DNA from: the human T2T-CHM13v2.0 reference genome, Homo sapiens
Assembly (NCBI RefSeq): GCF_009914755.1
Contig: NC_060947.1
Direction: 5' to 3' (one strand)
Length of the DNA: 64,000 nucleotides
The position numbers and the translations under genes were made by a program. Positions 25,453 through 38,959 of the stretch are shown in pieces; within the stretch, counting starts at the first letter, position 1; every line of letters starts with the position of its first letter. The notes under the pieces are model-generated. The model was not told the origin of the DNA. It did not search any database and saw nothing but the letters and a program-made list of their open reading frames with translations.

Positions 25453-25996
25453 AAAAAATTTTTATTTCCATAGTTTTGGAGGTACAAGTGGTTTTTGGTT
25501 ACGTGGATGAATTATATAGCAGTGAAGTCTGAGATTTTAGTGCACCTGTCACCTTAGTAGTGTACCTTGTACCCAAGAGGTGATTTTTTCATCCTTCACA
25601 CACCTCCCATCCTCCCCACTTCTGAGTCTCCAACTTCCACTATACCACTCTGTATGCCTTTGCATACCCATAGCTTAGTTCCCACTTATAAGTGAGTACA
25701 TAAAGGTATTTGGTTTTCCATTCCTGAGTTTCTTCACTTCGAATAACGGCCTCCAGCTCCATCCAAGTTGCTGCAAAAACATTATTTTGTTCTTTTTTAT
25801 GGCTGAGTAGTATTCCATGGTGTATATGTACATTTTCTTTGGCCTTAGATTTGTTGATGAGCAGTTAGATTGATTCCATATCTTTGTAATTGTGAATTGT
25901 GCTGTGATAAACATACATGTGCAGGTGTCTTTTTGATATAATGACTTCTTTTCCTTTAGGTAGATACCCAGCTGGATGGAATGGTAGGTCTACTTT
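25453..25996 (-). mobile_element. L1PB 3' end, 5'-truncated
   Basis: ggtacaagtggtttttggttacgtggatgaattatatagcagtgaagtctgagattttagtgcacc...ttatggctgagtagtattccatgg. Confidence 0.92.
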
Positions 25997-26417
25997 CAAC
26001 AAACTTGATTATCTGATTTATCAGCCCAGAACAGAATTAGACATAAAAAGGTAAAAGGAGGTAATGTCAAGTATAATAACAACAGAAAAAGTGATAGTTG
26101 ACATGTGGATATCAAGAGGTGGGACAAAAAAAAAAAAAACCTCAAAAAGGCAGGCATGCAGCTGTAAAACCTCAGCACTGTAATGGAGGATGTCATGCTA
26201 AAGCCTGGAAAGGTCTCAAAGGAGAGTAAAGTTGTGACTCATCAAAGAACTCTGTGGAGCACAAATTCATGCCCTGAGTGTTCTCTTCTCTGCTCTATGC
26301 TGAGCCTACATCATTATGTAATAAGTGAGATGGTTGAGTATCTCTGTTCAGGAAGGCAGGGAAACATAACCATCAGAAACTGTTGAACCCTTTTCATTAC
26401 TACTTGAAGAAGTGGCT

Positions 26418-26915
26418 GTGGCAGACACTGTTGGTTGCCTCTCCATCAGCCCTTTCCCTCCTACTTATTTCTTCATGTCACACCCCTACTACCCTAAAAG
26501 AGACTGAAACTACCATTCACTTTCCAGTATCCCTTCTAGCTAGACTATGACAAGATAACCTTTTAGGACCTGAGGAGGAGGCTTCTGTGGAGCCTCTGGG
26601 AAAGGTCCTCCTCCCTGATTGAAAAGGGTGTGTAAGAAGAAACTCTTTATGCCTTTCCTTAGACATGATTAGGTGAGGATATAATACCTGGAGCTGTGGC
26701 AGCCATTTTGCAATCTTGAGAAGATAAGCTAAAGATTAAAAACCAATATTCTGGACATGGAGGAGAAGGACAGGAAGCTCTTCCATTCTTAATGACCTGT
26801 CTAAAAAGCTGAATTAACCAACCTTGCAATCAGACATCTTGTTAGATGTTCTCGCTATTTAAACCACATTTAGTTTGCTATTCTATTACTTGCAGCCAAA
26901 AACATTCTTACAACA
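26418..26915 (+). mobile_element. MLT1 (J/K-like) solo LTR
   Basis: tgtggcagacactgttggttgcc...cctggagctgtggcagccattttg...tattacttgcagccaaaaacattct. Confidence 0.75.
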
Positions 26916-27935
26916 CGCTGGGAAAGCATGTGTTTTCTGGAAACATCTATTTTTGCAGAGCCCTCCATTCTCAGCAATGCCTTACTGTGGAATGGAAGGT
27001 TGAGAAGGCTTGAACAAAATGTGGGAGTTGAGGGCCTGTTGAAAAACTCCTTGGAGGGGCAGTAAATACACATGGAGTTATCTTAGAATTAGGTCAGTCT
27101 AACAGGGATTCTAATACTGCCAGTATTTTTTTACAGGACCTCCTCACCGTGACTTCCCCAAACCAGCCACATTACAATAACCAAGGACATTTGCTAAAAA
27201 TACAGATGCCGAGGTTCCTTAGAGTCTACAGAATCAGAATCTTGGGAGTACACAAACTGTTCATTCGCACCAACAACTTCATGACTTTAGTAAGGTTCCT
27301 GATGGCTTTACATCATGCAGCCTCCAGTCTGTGCCATCTGGTTGGCTCTCTCCACACTTCCTTCTCCCTTAAACCAACTCCCTCTCAAACACAAATAGAT
27401 TCCTCTCCTCATATAGAGAGTTGCTTTCCCACCCCAACTCAGCTTCTATCCCACAAGGCTTCTTGATATGCTCCCACACAAATACAGTCCACTCCCTAAG
27501 AAGCATGTTAATGAATACAAATGTATCCATGTTATTGCATGGATGAAGATGAGCTGCAATTGTCAAATATGGTTTTTAAGTCAAAAAGGTTCTGAATTTT
27601 TCGGGAAATGAAAGAAGAGCATACTCACAGAAATTTTCCTGAGGTGTCCTGGGAGTTATTCTTATTTCTCTCTTGTGGGTGAAATTTGGCTTGTGGTTCT
27701 ACTGTGTTTTCCAAATCAGTGACTTCAGTCTTTCCTAGCCAACCGTGTGAGGGAATTTATTTGGAGCCAACTGAGGCTTGCTTCAGGGCATGGGAGACAG
27801 TCATGCAGGGCTAAATGTGGAAAAGACCCATGGAAAAAGAGCATCTAACCCCCCCATTAGGGACAAGGACTTTGCTGTACCACTCCCCAAGCACTGACTG
27901 CCCATTTGTCCCTGAAAAAGAAAAAGGCAGAAGGG

Positions 27936-28462
27936 GAGTGTGGTGGGCTCACTTAACACCCATTCCAACACCTTTAGCTTGATTTTTTCTATTATGGGGC
28001 CCAAAAGCTAAAAACTACAATTCCCAGGAATCTGCACCATCAAGGGTCAGGCACATGATCGTTCCACCTATCAGTCACACGCATAAGATCTGAATGCAGA
28101 TGCGAGCAACATGAGGCATCAGACCCATGCCAGGACATCAGATCTTCTGGCAAGAATTGTGGCAGAGGCATTTGGTTTGGGCCTGCTGAAGCAGAGCTTC
28201 TGACACCCAGTGCTGAGGGTCAAAGGTGCTGTAGGCAGAGGGGTCAGGGATGTTCCAGCTACAACATTCACTTGGTGTGGTTAGGTGTTTCCTGCTGCTA
28301 CATTGTCTTGGCTGCCTTGTCCTGCCTCTGAACCACCCAAGGCCAGGTCTTTGGCCCTCCTGGGGACTCATTAGCTACTTAATTAATATATTTTAATAAA
28401 TCTCTTTCTGCTTAAACTATTTCGAGCAGATGCTGTTGTTTGCAAGCGAGAACCTTGTGCTG
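27936..28462 (+). mobile_element. LTR33-like ERVL solo LTR
   Basis: aaaagctaaaaactacaattcccag...ttttaataaatctctttctgcttaaacta...tgttgtttgcaagcgagaacc. Confidence 0.7.
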
Positions 28463-28529
28463 TTGGGGAGGCAATTTAAATAACCCTCCAAATGAAAAAG
28501 AGATAAAACTAATACTTTTTTTTAAATAT

Positions 28530-29000
28530 AAGTATTAAGATACAGCGTCTCCAGCAGCCCAGAAAACTCCCTTGCACCCATGCCCAATCAATTATCCTCT
28601 AAAAGCAGCCATTGTTTTGATTCTTATCACTGTAGATTAGTTTTGCCTGTTTTTCGAACTTGCTATAAATAGAATAAATCATATGTTATATTATTATTTT
28701 GTGACTAGCTTCCTTGCTCAACATTTCCTTATGAGATTCATCCATGGTCCTTCCTCTTTTGTTGCTGTTTAGATTTCCACAGCTTATTTCTCCATCCTCA
28801 TATTGATGGACATTTGGGCTGTTTTTAGTTTGGAACTATCATGAATCAAGCTGCTGACATGAACATTCTGTGGCATATACCTACAAGCGAGATTGCTGAG
28901 TTGTAGGGTAAACTTAGGGTTTGCTTTAAGAGATATGGCTAAGCAGCCTTCCAAAGGGTTTGAACCAATTTCCACTCCCACCAGCCGTGTATAGGGCAAA
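28530..29000 (-). mobile_element. L1M fragment
   Basis: attagttttgcctgtttttcgaactt...ttgatggacatttgggctgttt...accaatttccactcccaccagc. Confidence 0.85.
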
Positions 29001-29419
29001 AGGCCTTAGCAAAGGATTTTTGTCTAATTTTAAAATAGCTACGAACAGCAGAGAAGTCCCCAACTACAAGGACTGATCATTGGTGCAAGTGATATTGATT
29101 AAGAAAAATTTGAGGTGAAAGTCCCCAGTATCATAATGCAGAGATCATGGCCTGGACAGGCTAAGGTGAGAAAATCTCCACCCTTCAGTACCCAAGTAAG
29201 GTGCTGCTACATAGAGAGAACAGAGCACTACAATAAATCCTAAGGACCAAGTTCAGGGATGAGCCTACCATGAAAAAGTACAAAGGGACTACTAATTATT
29301 TTCTCCTTCCCTTTTCATCCCACCAGTTCCTGGTTAGAGTTCTTGTTCCCTCAATCATGCCCCCCTCCACAAGCACCCCACACAATCAGTCTGCTACTAA
29401 GAAGAAAAATCCCTGGGCG

Positions 29420-29762
29420 CTCATTCTGGAGTGTAGATGCTGAAGTTGTAAGGACCTGGTTTGAACCCTGACCAGAGCTGAGGCTAGGTGAGGCCAACGA
29501 GATGCCTAGTGTGCACAACATAAGGGTCAGCCCTTGCTCGACCCTGAGAATGAGGGTCTTCTTGCCTTTGGTGCCCTAAGTACCTCTGATCCTGACTGGT
29601 ACTAATTGTATATCTTGGGCAAGTAGTTTAAATTCTCTAAGCCACAGTTTCCTGCTCTGAACAATGGGAATAATATAAATACCTACTTCAGAGGTACTAA
29701 TCCTATAAAGTGATAGTCCAGCACTGAATTCTTAGTGAATACTCAATAAAGTTTTAACTGTT
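29420..29762 (+). mobile_element. MIR interrupted by a MER96-like MITE
   Basis: gacctggtttgaaccctg [insert] tcttgggcaagtagtttaaattctctaagccacagtttcc. Confidence 0.7.
29473..29598. mobile_element. MER96-like palindromic hAT MITE
   Basis: cagagctgaggctaggtgaggcc...gcctagtgtgcac...cttgctcgaccctgagaatgag...tgccctaagtacctc. Confidence 0.55.
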
Positions 29763-30507
29763 ACAATTAAAGCAGAGCCAGGTTAATTTTTGCTAACAGT
29801 GCCATTGTTGGAAACTTGGGTGACCCTGAGCAAAAATTACTGAAACTCATACCTGTACTTGCTCCCACCCCAGTTTTATGCCACCTAATCACATATTCAT
29901 CCCTCTCCTCACCATTCCCTGGACAACTCAGTTTGAGGCTAAATAATAGGTTTCACCTTGGCCAGCTTTGGCTATGATGGGCACAGTGCAGCCCACCTAC
30001 CCAACTCAGAATCTCATCCCTAACACTCTCAAGGTCAGGCTTCTGGTCTGCTTAGGGCAGCTGGACTACCAGCCTTGGGTGGGGATAGACGTGAAATAAA
30101 TCAGTAAGATGGCCCCCCAAGGTCCTACTTACCTGCAAAGCCAGAAAGAGATCCACAGAGACAGATGGATGAAATAAATCAGAGTTGTGGAAACATATTC
30201 CAGAATAAACTGGAGTTTTCTCCCCAGACAGAGTAAAAAGCTAAGCCCCCACACACTCTTCAAAAGTAAAGTATCATTCATTTCCTTTGCAGTGCTTCAC
30301 CAAGATGTGGTTGGGTTGGCTCATTATGTTCTGATCATTTTCTCTTCCTTCCCAGCCCAGAGTGTAGAGAAGTGGGCAGCGTCTTGCATACAATCTTGAT
30401 CTCCTCTTCTCTTCCTTTCCCTTCCTTTTTCATCTCCTTCTCTCTCCTCTCCATCATGTACTCATGAAATTTATGTGGTATCAGCAAAATGAACAATGTG
30501 CACTAGG

Positions 30508-30900
30508 ATTTTTTTAACTTTTTAATATGAAGAAATTGAAACATATACAAAAATAGATAGAACACTATATAATAAACTCTCATGTACCCATCGCACAATT
30601 TCAACAATTGTCAATTCATGATCAATCTTTCATACTCTCATCCACTCCTCCTGTCCCTGTATTATTTTAAAACAAGTCCCAGACAGCATATTACTTCGTC
30701 CATAAATATTTCAGTATGCATCACTAAAGATACAACCTCTCTGTTTAACAGCTGTAATAGCACTCTCACACCCCAAAATTAACAAAAATTCCTTAATGTC
30801 ATTAAATATACAGTATTCAAATTTCCAATAGTCTCAAAAACATCATAAAAATAATTATGATACATAGTTTGTTTGCTTGAAATCCAGATCCAAGTAAGCT
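30508..30900 (-). mobile_element. L1M (L1MC/ME-like) 3' end
   Basis: aaacatatacaaaaatagatagaacactatataataaactctcatgtacccatc...aattccttaatgtcattaaata. Confidence 0.8.
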
Positions 30901-31724
30901 TAGGATTTTTAATTCATCTTTACAGTTATTCTTTTCTCCTCTCATGGCGACCTCTCTGGGGATGATTACATCATAGTTCTAAAATTCCTGCCCCCAATGT
31001 GCACATTGCTCACTTTGCTGATACCACATAAATTCCATGAATACATCATGGAGGAAAAGGGAGGGGCTTAGCACACACTCTTAATTGTAGCCCATCAGAC
31101 TGCTATGTGCTAGGGCTCAAACTGTCGACACATCATAAATTCACAGAATTCTCAGCACGGGGTGGAGGGCTGGGACCCTTTTGATTGCAACCTCTCAGGG
31201 AACATTGTGTTCCCGGGTTCTGTCTGCTTTGCTAATTCAGCATCCATTCTGCCAGCACAGGGAGGGCTGGGGGACAGACTTGTTTCCAAAATGGACACTC
31301 TACCTCGTATGTGGTTTCTGCCTCCCATGTGTTTTCTGCCTCCCACGTGACTTGCTGGCTCCCTCAACTCCTACAAAGTTCCCGGCCTCATCCAGACCCC
31401 TGCTCAACCAGCTCACTCCTCAACCCTTTGCACACATGGTTCACTGCTCTATAATGGTCAGCAAGGGCCACTGGAGATTTCTCTAGGGCTCAGGCAACTA
31501 CCTTGGATGAGGAATATGTTGAGGGAGGGCCAGAGAGTGTTGCAGGAGGTATCTCTGGCACTGCAGCACCCCAAGGAGATATGCGACTGTAGCAAGGACT
31601 CTCCCTTCTCATCTGTCTTCCCACACTGAAACCTAGTCACTGCACCTGTGCTTTATGTGAGCACATTTCAGGCAACTGGCCCTCTTCTAGACTCCGGAAC
31701 CCTCCAGAAACTAATAAATCAGCC

Positions 31725-32187
<463 letters not shown>

Positions 32188-34049
32188 GAACAAGGCCAAG
32201 CTCCTGAGGAAAAAAGCTAGGGCCACTTTGCTACATTTCAGAAGCGGTTCTGCACCAAGGGACACTGTTTTTAAAACTATGAAGGCAGGGCCAGAGACAA
32301 CTGGTCACTTTCTAATCAGCACTAATGGGTCTCAAAATGGAAAATGAGAGTCTTCTCTACTTGTACCCAAGGCACAGTGCCCAGCCCCCTCTCCCGACAC
32401 CCACCAGTGCCCTTGGAGATCTCTGTTCATGGAGAACTTGCTTTTAAATGAGAGTCAATGGACCAGGTCGCGAATCTGTCAGATGCAGGAATTTCTGGTG
32501 CTCGTGACTGTTGTAATTAAAATCGTCCAAGTTGACTAAATTGGCCGAAAAGGAACCAGGCCCACGTGACTGCCGTTCAAAGGGGAGCAAAATAGCTCCT
32601 AATTTGTTAATTAAAAATATGAATGCACTCCACATGGAATGGCTGCGTGTTAAATTCTATTCAGATTCCATTAGAAAACAAATAAGCTCTGGGCCCTGAT
32701 TAGAGGGACCCAGCTCCCCCAAATCTGTGAGGATTTGGTTGGGCTTTTTTCAGAGAACAAATTTAGAGCTTGCAAAGACCTTGCAGAGAAGTCAAATTCC
32801 TGGGGAGATTTCTCTGGTAAATCAATCTGGTAATTAGAAAAACACGCCAATAGATTAGATCTGCTCTCTATTTCTTCATCATACTGATGAGACTGGTTCA
32901 AAAAAACATATATTTCCAGAGAGACGGGTGAGGCATTTCCTACCTACTCGGAAATTCATCCACTATGGAAACTCATCTCCTGTGGAAACTGACAGCTTGG
33001 AGGCAGGAGGAGGGTAAAAGACAGACCAAAAAAAAAAAAAAGAGAGCTGATAATGAGGGAAGAGGGGACAGAAGCCACACCTGATGCCTGCTTGGCCTGT
33101 CCCTTTCTGTCACTGGTTGCAAATTGCCTCCCCTACCACTAAGCAGCCATGGGCCAGGCAGCTGAGCCTCAGATTCAGTCTGAGAATAAAGGCTGGGTTG
33201 CGTGCTTTCCAAGGGACCTGCCAGCACGTAGGTTCTGCTGTTCCTCAGGCCCCGAGTGTCCCTGAGGCTGCCTCTCTCAAGCTCTCCACCGCAGCTATTC
33301 TCCAAGCCCTGCCCACAAAGGGCCGATTGCTCTGAGGCAGTTTGGGGATTACTTATAGCCTGAGGCCGGATTGGAAAGTCTCTCTCCAGAGGAGTGGGGT
33401 TAATCTCTGCCTCCATGGGTTTTGTGCTTTCCTGAGGCCCACGGTTTTCTCTAGCAAACAGTGGAACCCGCTGGCATTCTCTTCTCCATCGCCGCTCTGT
33501 CCCCTTCTTTCCTTGAATGGGTGGATTCTGCCTACCATGCTGCTCACCACCTAGCCAACATACAGTGTCTTGGAGCAGGCAGGGCCCTCAATGGGGGCCC
33601 AAGCAGAGGCGGCATGTCCTAGCACATTAGATGTATCACATGTTTACCCCTTTGGCTCGCTGCAGCCTGCTAAAGGCATTTATAATGGGGCAGCTTACCA
33701 AGCTCTCAAAAGTGAGAAATTGTCCAGCACCTCTGATCACACTGCCCTCACCTGGATGGGGCCAATCATGCCCTCTCCTGGGGGATGCAGATCACCCAGG
33801 GCAGAGCCTGCCTCCAAGGGCCTTCTGAGCAGCAAGTCAGTGTCTGCAGGGAGTATTTCTCTAAAATGGCAGCAACTCAGGGCTGTGTCAGGATATATTT
33901 ATTTCATAGACTCACTGGTGTTCTTTCAAGGTGTTGAAACTGTGGCTTTGCCTTTATTAGAATGAATAATTATTTTAACACCATTTAAAGTGGGTCATCA
34001 GAAAAGGTGCTATCTATATGTCTGCTGTTTTCCACCAAGAGAGAAGCTG

Positions 34050-34770
34050 AGGAACGTGGAAGTCAAGGGCATATGCTTGGAATTAGGCCGACTGGGTTCA
34101 AATTGCAGCTCCACCACTTACCATTGAGATGACCCTGGGCAAGTACTTAATGTAGCAGATGCCGCCAGTACCCAGCTTGCATGTGCTCGGCACTCACTAT
34201 TCCCATTCAAGCTGGCAGCTTCTTACTGCAAGAACCTGCAAGAAGCCAAGAGGGCATTCTCTGGCTGTGGGAGCAAATGCCACTTTCCACTGGGCAGGAT
34301 GGAGGTGCCAAGCAAGCTGAGACTCCCAGGAGCAGTCTTCAGCCAACAAGGTCAGGAGTTGGAGGATAAATATCCCAGCTCCCTCACCCTTGGGTGCAAC
34401 AACTCCTTCTACACACTGTCTCCCGGAGTTCTCCAGCAGGATCAAGCTTCCATTATCCGCAGCAGGAACCTGCTATTATCTCTCTCTCTTACTCTCGTCT
34501 TTTCCCCCTACCACCCACTTCCTCCTGGTGCTTTCTGGGCTCACCACTTTTCATGTATCACTTGCAAATCTTAGATCAAGGTCTGCTTCTGGGGAAACCC
34601 CACCTAAGTCACTTTCATATTGACTTACCTATAAAATGGAGGCAATCACGGTACCCTGCTTATAGGAATTGTAATGAGGATTGAATGGGATGAGGCATGT
34701 AAAGGACTTAGCACAGTGCTTGGCACAGAGGCAACACTCCATAAGTTTCAGAAATTAATACTATTAGCAA
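34050..34770 (+). mobile_element. MIR interrupted by an LTR16-type LTR
   Basis: ctgggttcaaattgcagctccaccacttacc...gaccctgggcaagtacttaa [LTR] ...cctataaaatggagg...aaaggacttagcacagtgcttggcacag. Confidence 0.85.
34151..34611 (+). mobile_element. ERVL solo LTR, LTR16 family
   Basis: tgtagcagatgcc start; ggataaatatcccagctccctcacc; end tctgcttctggggaaaccccacctaagtca. Confidence 0.85.
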
Positions 34771-35492
34771 ATAGACTTAATAATCCAAAAACTTCTTTCC
34801 AGTCTCAAAGTCCTCCCCTCACAGTCCCCACCAACTCAATTCAGAGTCTTGTTTATTCATTCATTTATATTTCACACACAAAAAGACAAAAATAAATGTT
34901 AGATGGCTTTGAGATATCATAGGGACTAGCCCCTCTTGACTTGATCTTTTGGAGGGCTATTTCTCTAGTCCAAATAATGAGATGGGAGGTTCCCTAGATG
35001 CCACATGTTTTTCCTGTGGTTCTCTAGCACCTCCAAGCTTGCACCTCTAGGTAGGATGCATGAAGACCACCACCTCTCACTTCTTCACTGGGAGAACAGA
35101 GAACTGCTATTGTTAAAACTCTCTGAGACTTGCAAAGTCCTACCTCTCAATGCTTTTATGTCCTGTGTCTCCCCAGAAGCCAGCAGAGTCCTGGACAGCA
35201 GGAAAACATAAGCCCTGAAAGGTAGTGCCAAGTTCTATGGAGCCCCATCAGAGTTCTAGAACTTCACCACCCCCTCACCAAACTATACAGCCTAAGTCAG
35301 CTTTAGTGTATACACATCCCTGCCTCCCCCAGAGTTCTAGTTCTCCCAACCATTGGCCCTTTCTTTTTTTTTCTTTTTTTTTTTTTTTGGTACCAGGAGT
35401 GGGGTACAAACCCACTGGCCCTTTTAATGGGCCAGGCACATGTCACCAACCCCAATAGAGCTCTTAATCACTTATCCTCATTAACACTCTAG

Positions 35493-36036
35493 CTATCACT
35501 CAGTTGGAAGGGTGCCACATAACAAAACATCGCAAAACTTAGTGGCTTAAAACAATCACAAATGATTATTTATCTGAGGAGTCTGGGAGCTAACTAGGGA
35601 GATGTTTTGTGAGCTGGGGTCACTCTCCCAGCTGCAGCCATCTGGAGGCTCTACTGGGGCCGGATGAATGTGCACAATGATCTCATTCATAGTCATGTTG
35701 ACTGTTGCTGCTGTTAGCAGGGTTGCTGAGGTTCTCCTCCCTGTGACCTCTTCACATGGCTGGCTTGGGCTTCCTCACAGCATGGCTACTGAGTAGCACA
35801 AGGGAGCATTCTAGGAAGACAAACTCCAATGCAGGACCACTTATGAAGCCTCTGCATGATGCTTGCTAATGTTCCTCTGGCCAAAGCAAGTTACATGGAT
35901 GTGCCTGCACACTCAGTGTGCCAAGGCATTATATAAGGGTGTGAGTACTGGGCATTGACTTACCTATAAAATGGAGGCAGTCACAGTACCCTGTGTACCG
36001 GTTCACACGGAGCCAGCAATTTAACAGGTTACCACA
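35493..36036 (-). mobile_element. MLT1 (J/K-like) solo LTR carrying a 40-bp foreign insert
   Basis: aaaacttagtggcttaaaacaatc...ggcttgggcttcctcacagcatggc...tggccaaagcaagttacatgg...ttaccaca. Confidence 0.8.
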
Positions 36037-36204
36037 GAGGGCACAAGCTTCTCAAGGCCTCCTCAGTCAGTCACTCACACAGTGTCAACCTCCTAGAATA
36101 GATAATCAAAGAAACCGGGGGTATTCCATCACTATTTCCCCATGTACCTTTTCCCTGATGGAGCTGACCCACTCAGCCTCAATATTTGGTGAAAAAGCCT
36201 CTGA

Positions 36205-36790
36205 GTTACTGGATCAATTAGGATTCTTCTGTTGAAAGCCACAGAAACTCAATTCAAATTGTCTTAAAAGAGAGAATTTATTGGTTCATGTAACTAAAAA
36301 GTCAAGAGGCATTGGCTTCAGGTATGGCTAGATCTAGGTGTTCAAATTATATCATTAATATTCATTCTGTCTCTATTCTCCTTCTCATTTATTGGTCCTG
36401 CTGTCCTCTGTGTTCATTGTCAGGAAAGCTTCTCTGAAGCAGTGACACAGATATTCCATTGGCAACTCCGGGCTTGTATCCTATTACCTATTACCTTGGA
36501 AATTACAGCCAAAAGAGTGCTTCTCTTCTCAAATAATTCCAACCAATGTCCCAGAATTAGGTTCCATTGACCAGGCTTGTGTCACATGCCTATCTATGAA
36601 TAAATCACTGTATGGCTAGTGCTTGGCCTCTGCTGATGGGTCAAACCTGGGTCTCATGCTCACCCCTAGAGCTAAGGGTATGCACATCTGCCCCAACCAA
36701 ACCTCATGCACTGAAACAGGAGAGAGATTATTTCTCAAATAACCACCAAGGTGCTATTACCATATAAAGGGGAGGCCAAAACACAAACAT
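36205..36790 (-). mobile_element. MLT1 (K/L-like) solo LTR
   Basis: attaggattcttctgttgaaagccacagaaactcaattcaaattg...ggcttcaggtatggctagatctagg. Confidence 0.75.
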
Positions 36791-37296
36791 CCTTTCAGGT
36801 TACAAAATAAATAGCCGAGCTAACGAAACAAACTCCTGGGTCTCCTCTGCATCCTTGCATGTGCTCTCTCATGTAGGCATGTTTTTGACCATTTCAGTGC
36901 TCAGAAAGAGTCTTCCCACAGGGAAAGATATAAGAAGCAAAGCTCAAATCAGGAAATTTTCCTATTTGCTAACAACCCTGCTTCCAAGTTCTATAACGAG
37001 AAAGGTAAACAACTATTTAAAATAAATGCAGCACAATTGTTTTCTTATAATTATTATTATTATCGTCATCATCTGGTGATTCTGAGTGTGCTATCTAGTC
37101 ATTTCTGAGACCACTCGTTATCAAGAATTAATTCTTCCCAGGATTACACATGCTCTCTTTCTAATGATGGAGAACACCACAATGTATCCATATGAAATGC
37201 TGAGAAGTGGGGAAATTTCCTGCTGATGACAGGGAACCTAGGGCCACAAGTTCTGTGAACTGTTATCTACAATGTTAAGCAGGACTGAAGCACACT

Positions 37297-37750
37297 GTAG
37301 CCTAGCAGGGAATCCCAGGAAGTCAAGGACATGACACTTTTCTTCAGCTGGTGCTAGACCAATACCCTCTCAGAGCAGGATGGGAGATAAGGAAAAATGG
37401 AAACAAAGAATGTGTGAGTTCATCACAAGATCATCACAAAGTGAGGGGCTCAGAGCACTGTTAGCAAAAGGGGGGTTGGCCCATTCTGCTCAGAAAGTTA
37501 AGACTTTGGCCCCCAAGCTCCGCATGGGGAGCTCTGGAATTGGAATGGCCCTTCGGAGTTGTCCCCATAGAGCTGATATGGCCAGGCCTTTATACCATCA
37601 CATTGATTAGTCATCAGACATGAGCTGCCCCAGGAAGGGGTGTGACCTAGGGCCCCTACCAATGAAGTTGCTGAAGACTCAATACCACTCCCAGCAGCTG
37701 AGCCCACCAGTCCTTCCCTAAAGGGGAACTGGGGGGTACATCACAGTGCC
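37297..37750 (-). mobile_element. ERVL solo LTR (LTR40/LTR16-like)
   Basis: ggcccttcggagttgtcccc...ggcctttataccatcacattgattagtcatcagacatgagctgcccc. Confidence 0.65.
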
Positions 37751-38959
37751 TCCCTAAGTGCTATCATTTGCACTATTCCCCAGAGAAAATACTAGAGATG
37801 TAACAAAAACAGTGCTTGTTACTACATCCTTATATGCCACAGATGTCTCCTGTAACATCTTAACCTTCAGGAACAAAAGGTTGTAGCTGAATGAGCTGCC
37901 AGAGATTAAACTTGCGTCTTCACCTCTACTTTATTTAGAGAAGTACAAGGGAATCTCTCTGGTTCTCTTTGAGAACATGAGTCCTGACAGAGGCATGACA
38001 TCATGCCAGTCTAAGTGGAATGGACCTTCTGTGTTTAAGGATCAAAAGTGGAAAGCCACCAGGCCAATGCGGGCATCCCTAAAGCCAGCGTGTAAAGGGA
38101 TTTTTGTGATTTAAAGGTGTGGGCCCAGTTGTAGATGATCAAGCTCTGTTGCCTGAAAAAGAGAGTAAGATCAGCCCTTTGGGGTTACAGGGCCTAAAGG
38201 AGGAGTGTCTGGACCCTCAGGAGCAATAGAGGGGGAAGGAGAATAGCTGGGGAGGGGACTTTGGGCCCCAAAGGTAGTGAAGGAGCCTGTTGTAGCTTGT
38301 TTCTAGCTTGGTTTGTGGCATAGGAGACTGAGAGGCCTATAGAGATGGGAGCAGGGATCATGAGGCTGCCCTGAACAGTAGCTGCATTTCCCCCAGAACA
38401 TTCCACAAGACCCTCAAGCAGGCAGGCCACCACCACAGCTAGATCCCACCCATGTCTATGCATTAAAAATAAGTCCCATGAACAAGCAAATCTTCCAGTT
38501 GCCCTGGAAGTCACAGGCTGGCTGCTCCTCAGTCACAGTATTAAGCCCCTCTCATTCCATCCCACACCTCCCTGCCCCTGGTAGGTCTGGTTTCCTGGTT
38601 TGAGAGGGATTTGGGATAATGTCTCTGCCCAAAAAACCTCTTCTGCTCAGTTTTACCCACAAACCTTTTAACAGAAGATGAGTCTTTTATTCCACAATAT
38701 AGAGATGAAACTTGAATTGCAAATAATCCCAGGGGAGGCAACTCCTTTATCTGAATTCACACCAAGGTATAAAGGACAATGGAAAGAAGAGTGTCTAAAG
38801 GGAAAAGGAAGGGGCACTGATAGAGGGAGGGGAGAGGAGTAATAAGGCAGAGGAGTGCTGAATAGAACAGCTGTGATAGATTAAAAGCCATCATTTTCCT
38901 AGTCCCAGCCCTGATTAATACATATAGGTACGGTCTAATGTGACCCTGTTGGCCTGGAC

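Noticed and set aside
25675-25914. ORF resembling the L1 ORF2 C-terminus (MFITAQFTITKIWNQ...YTMEYYSAIKKN)
   Set aside because: Real homology but only a decayed remnant of a 5'-truncated L1PB; not a functional gene
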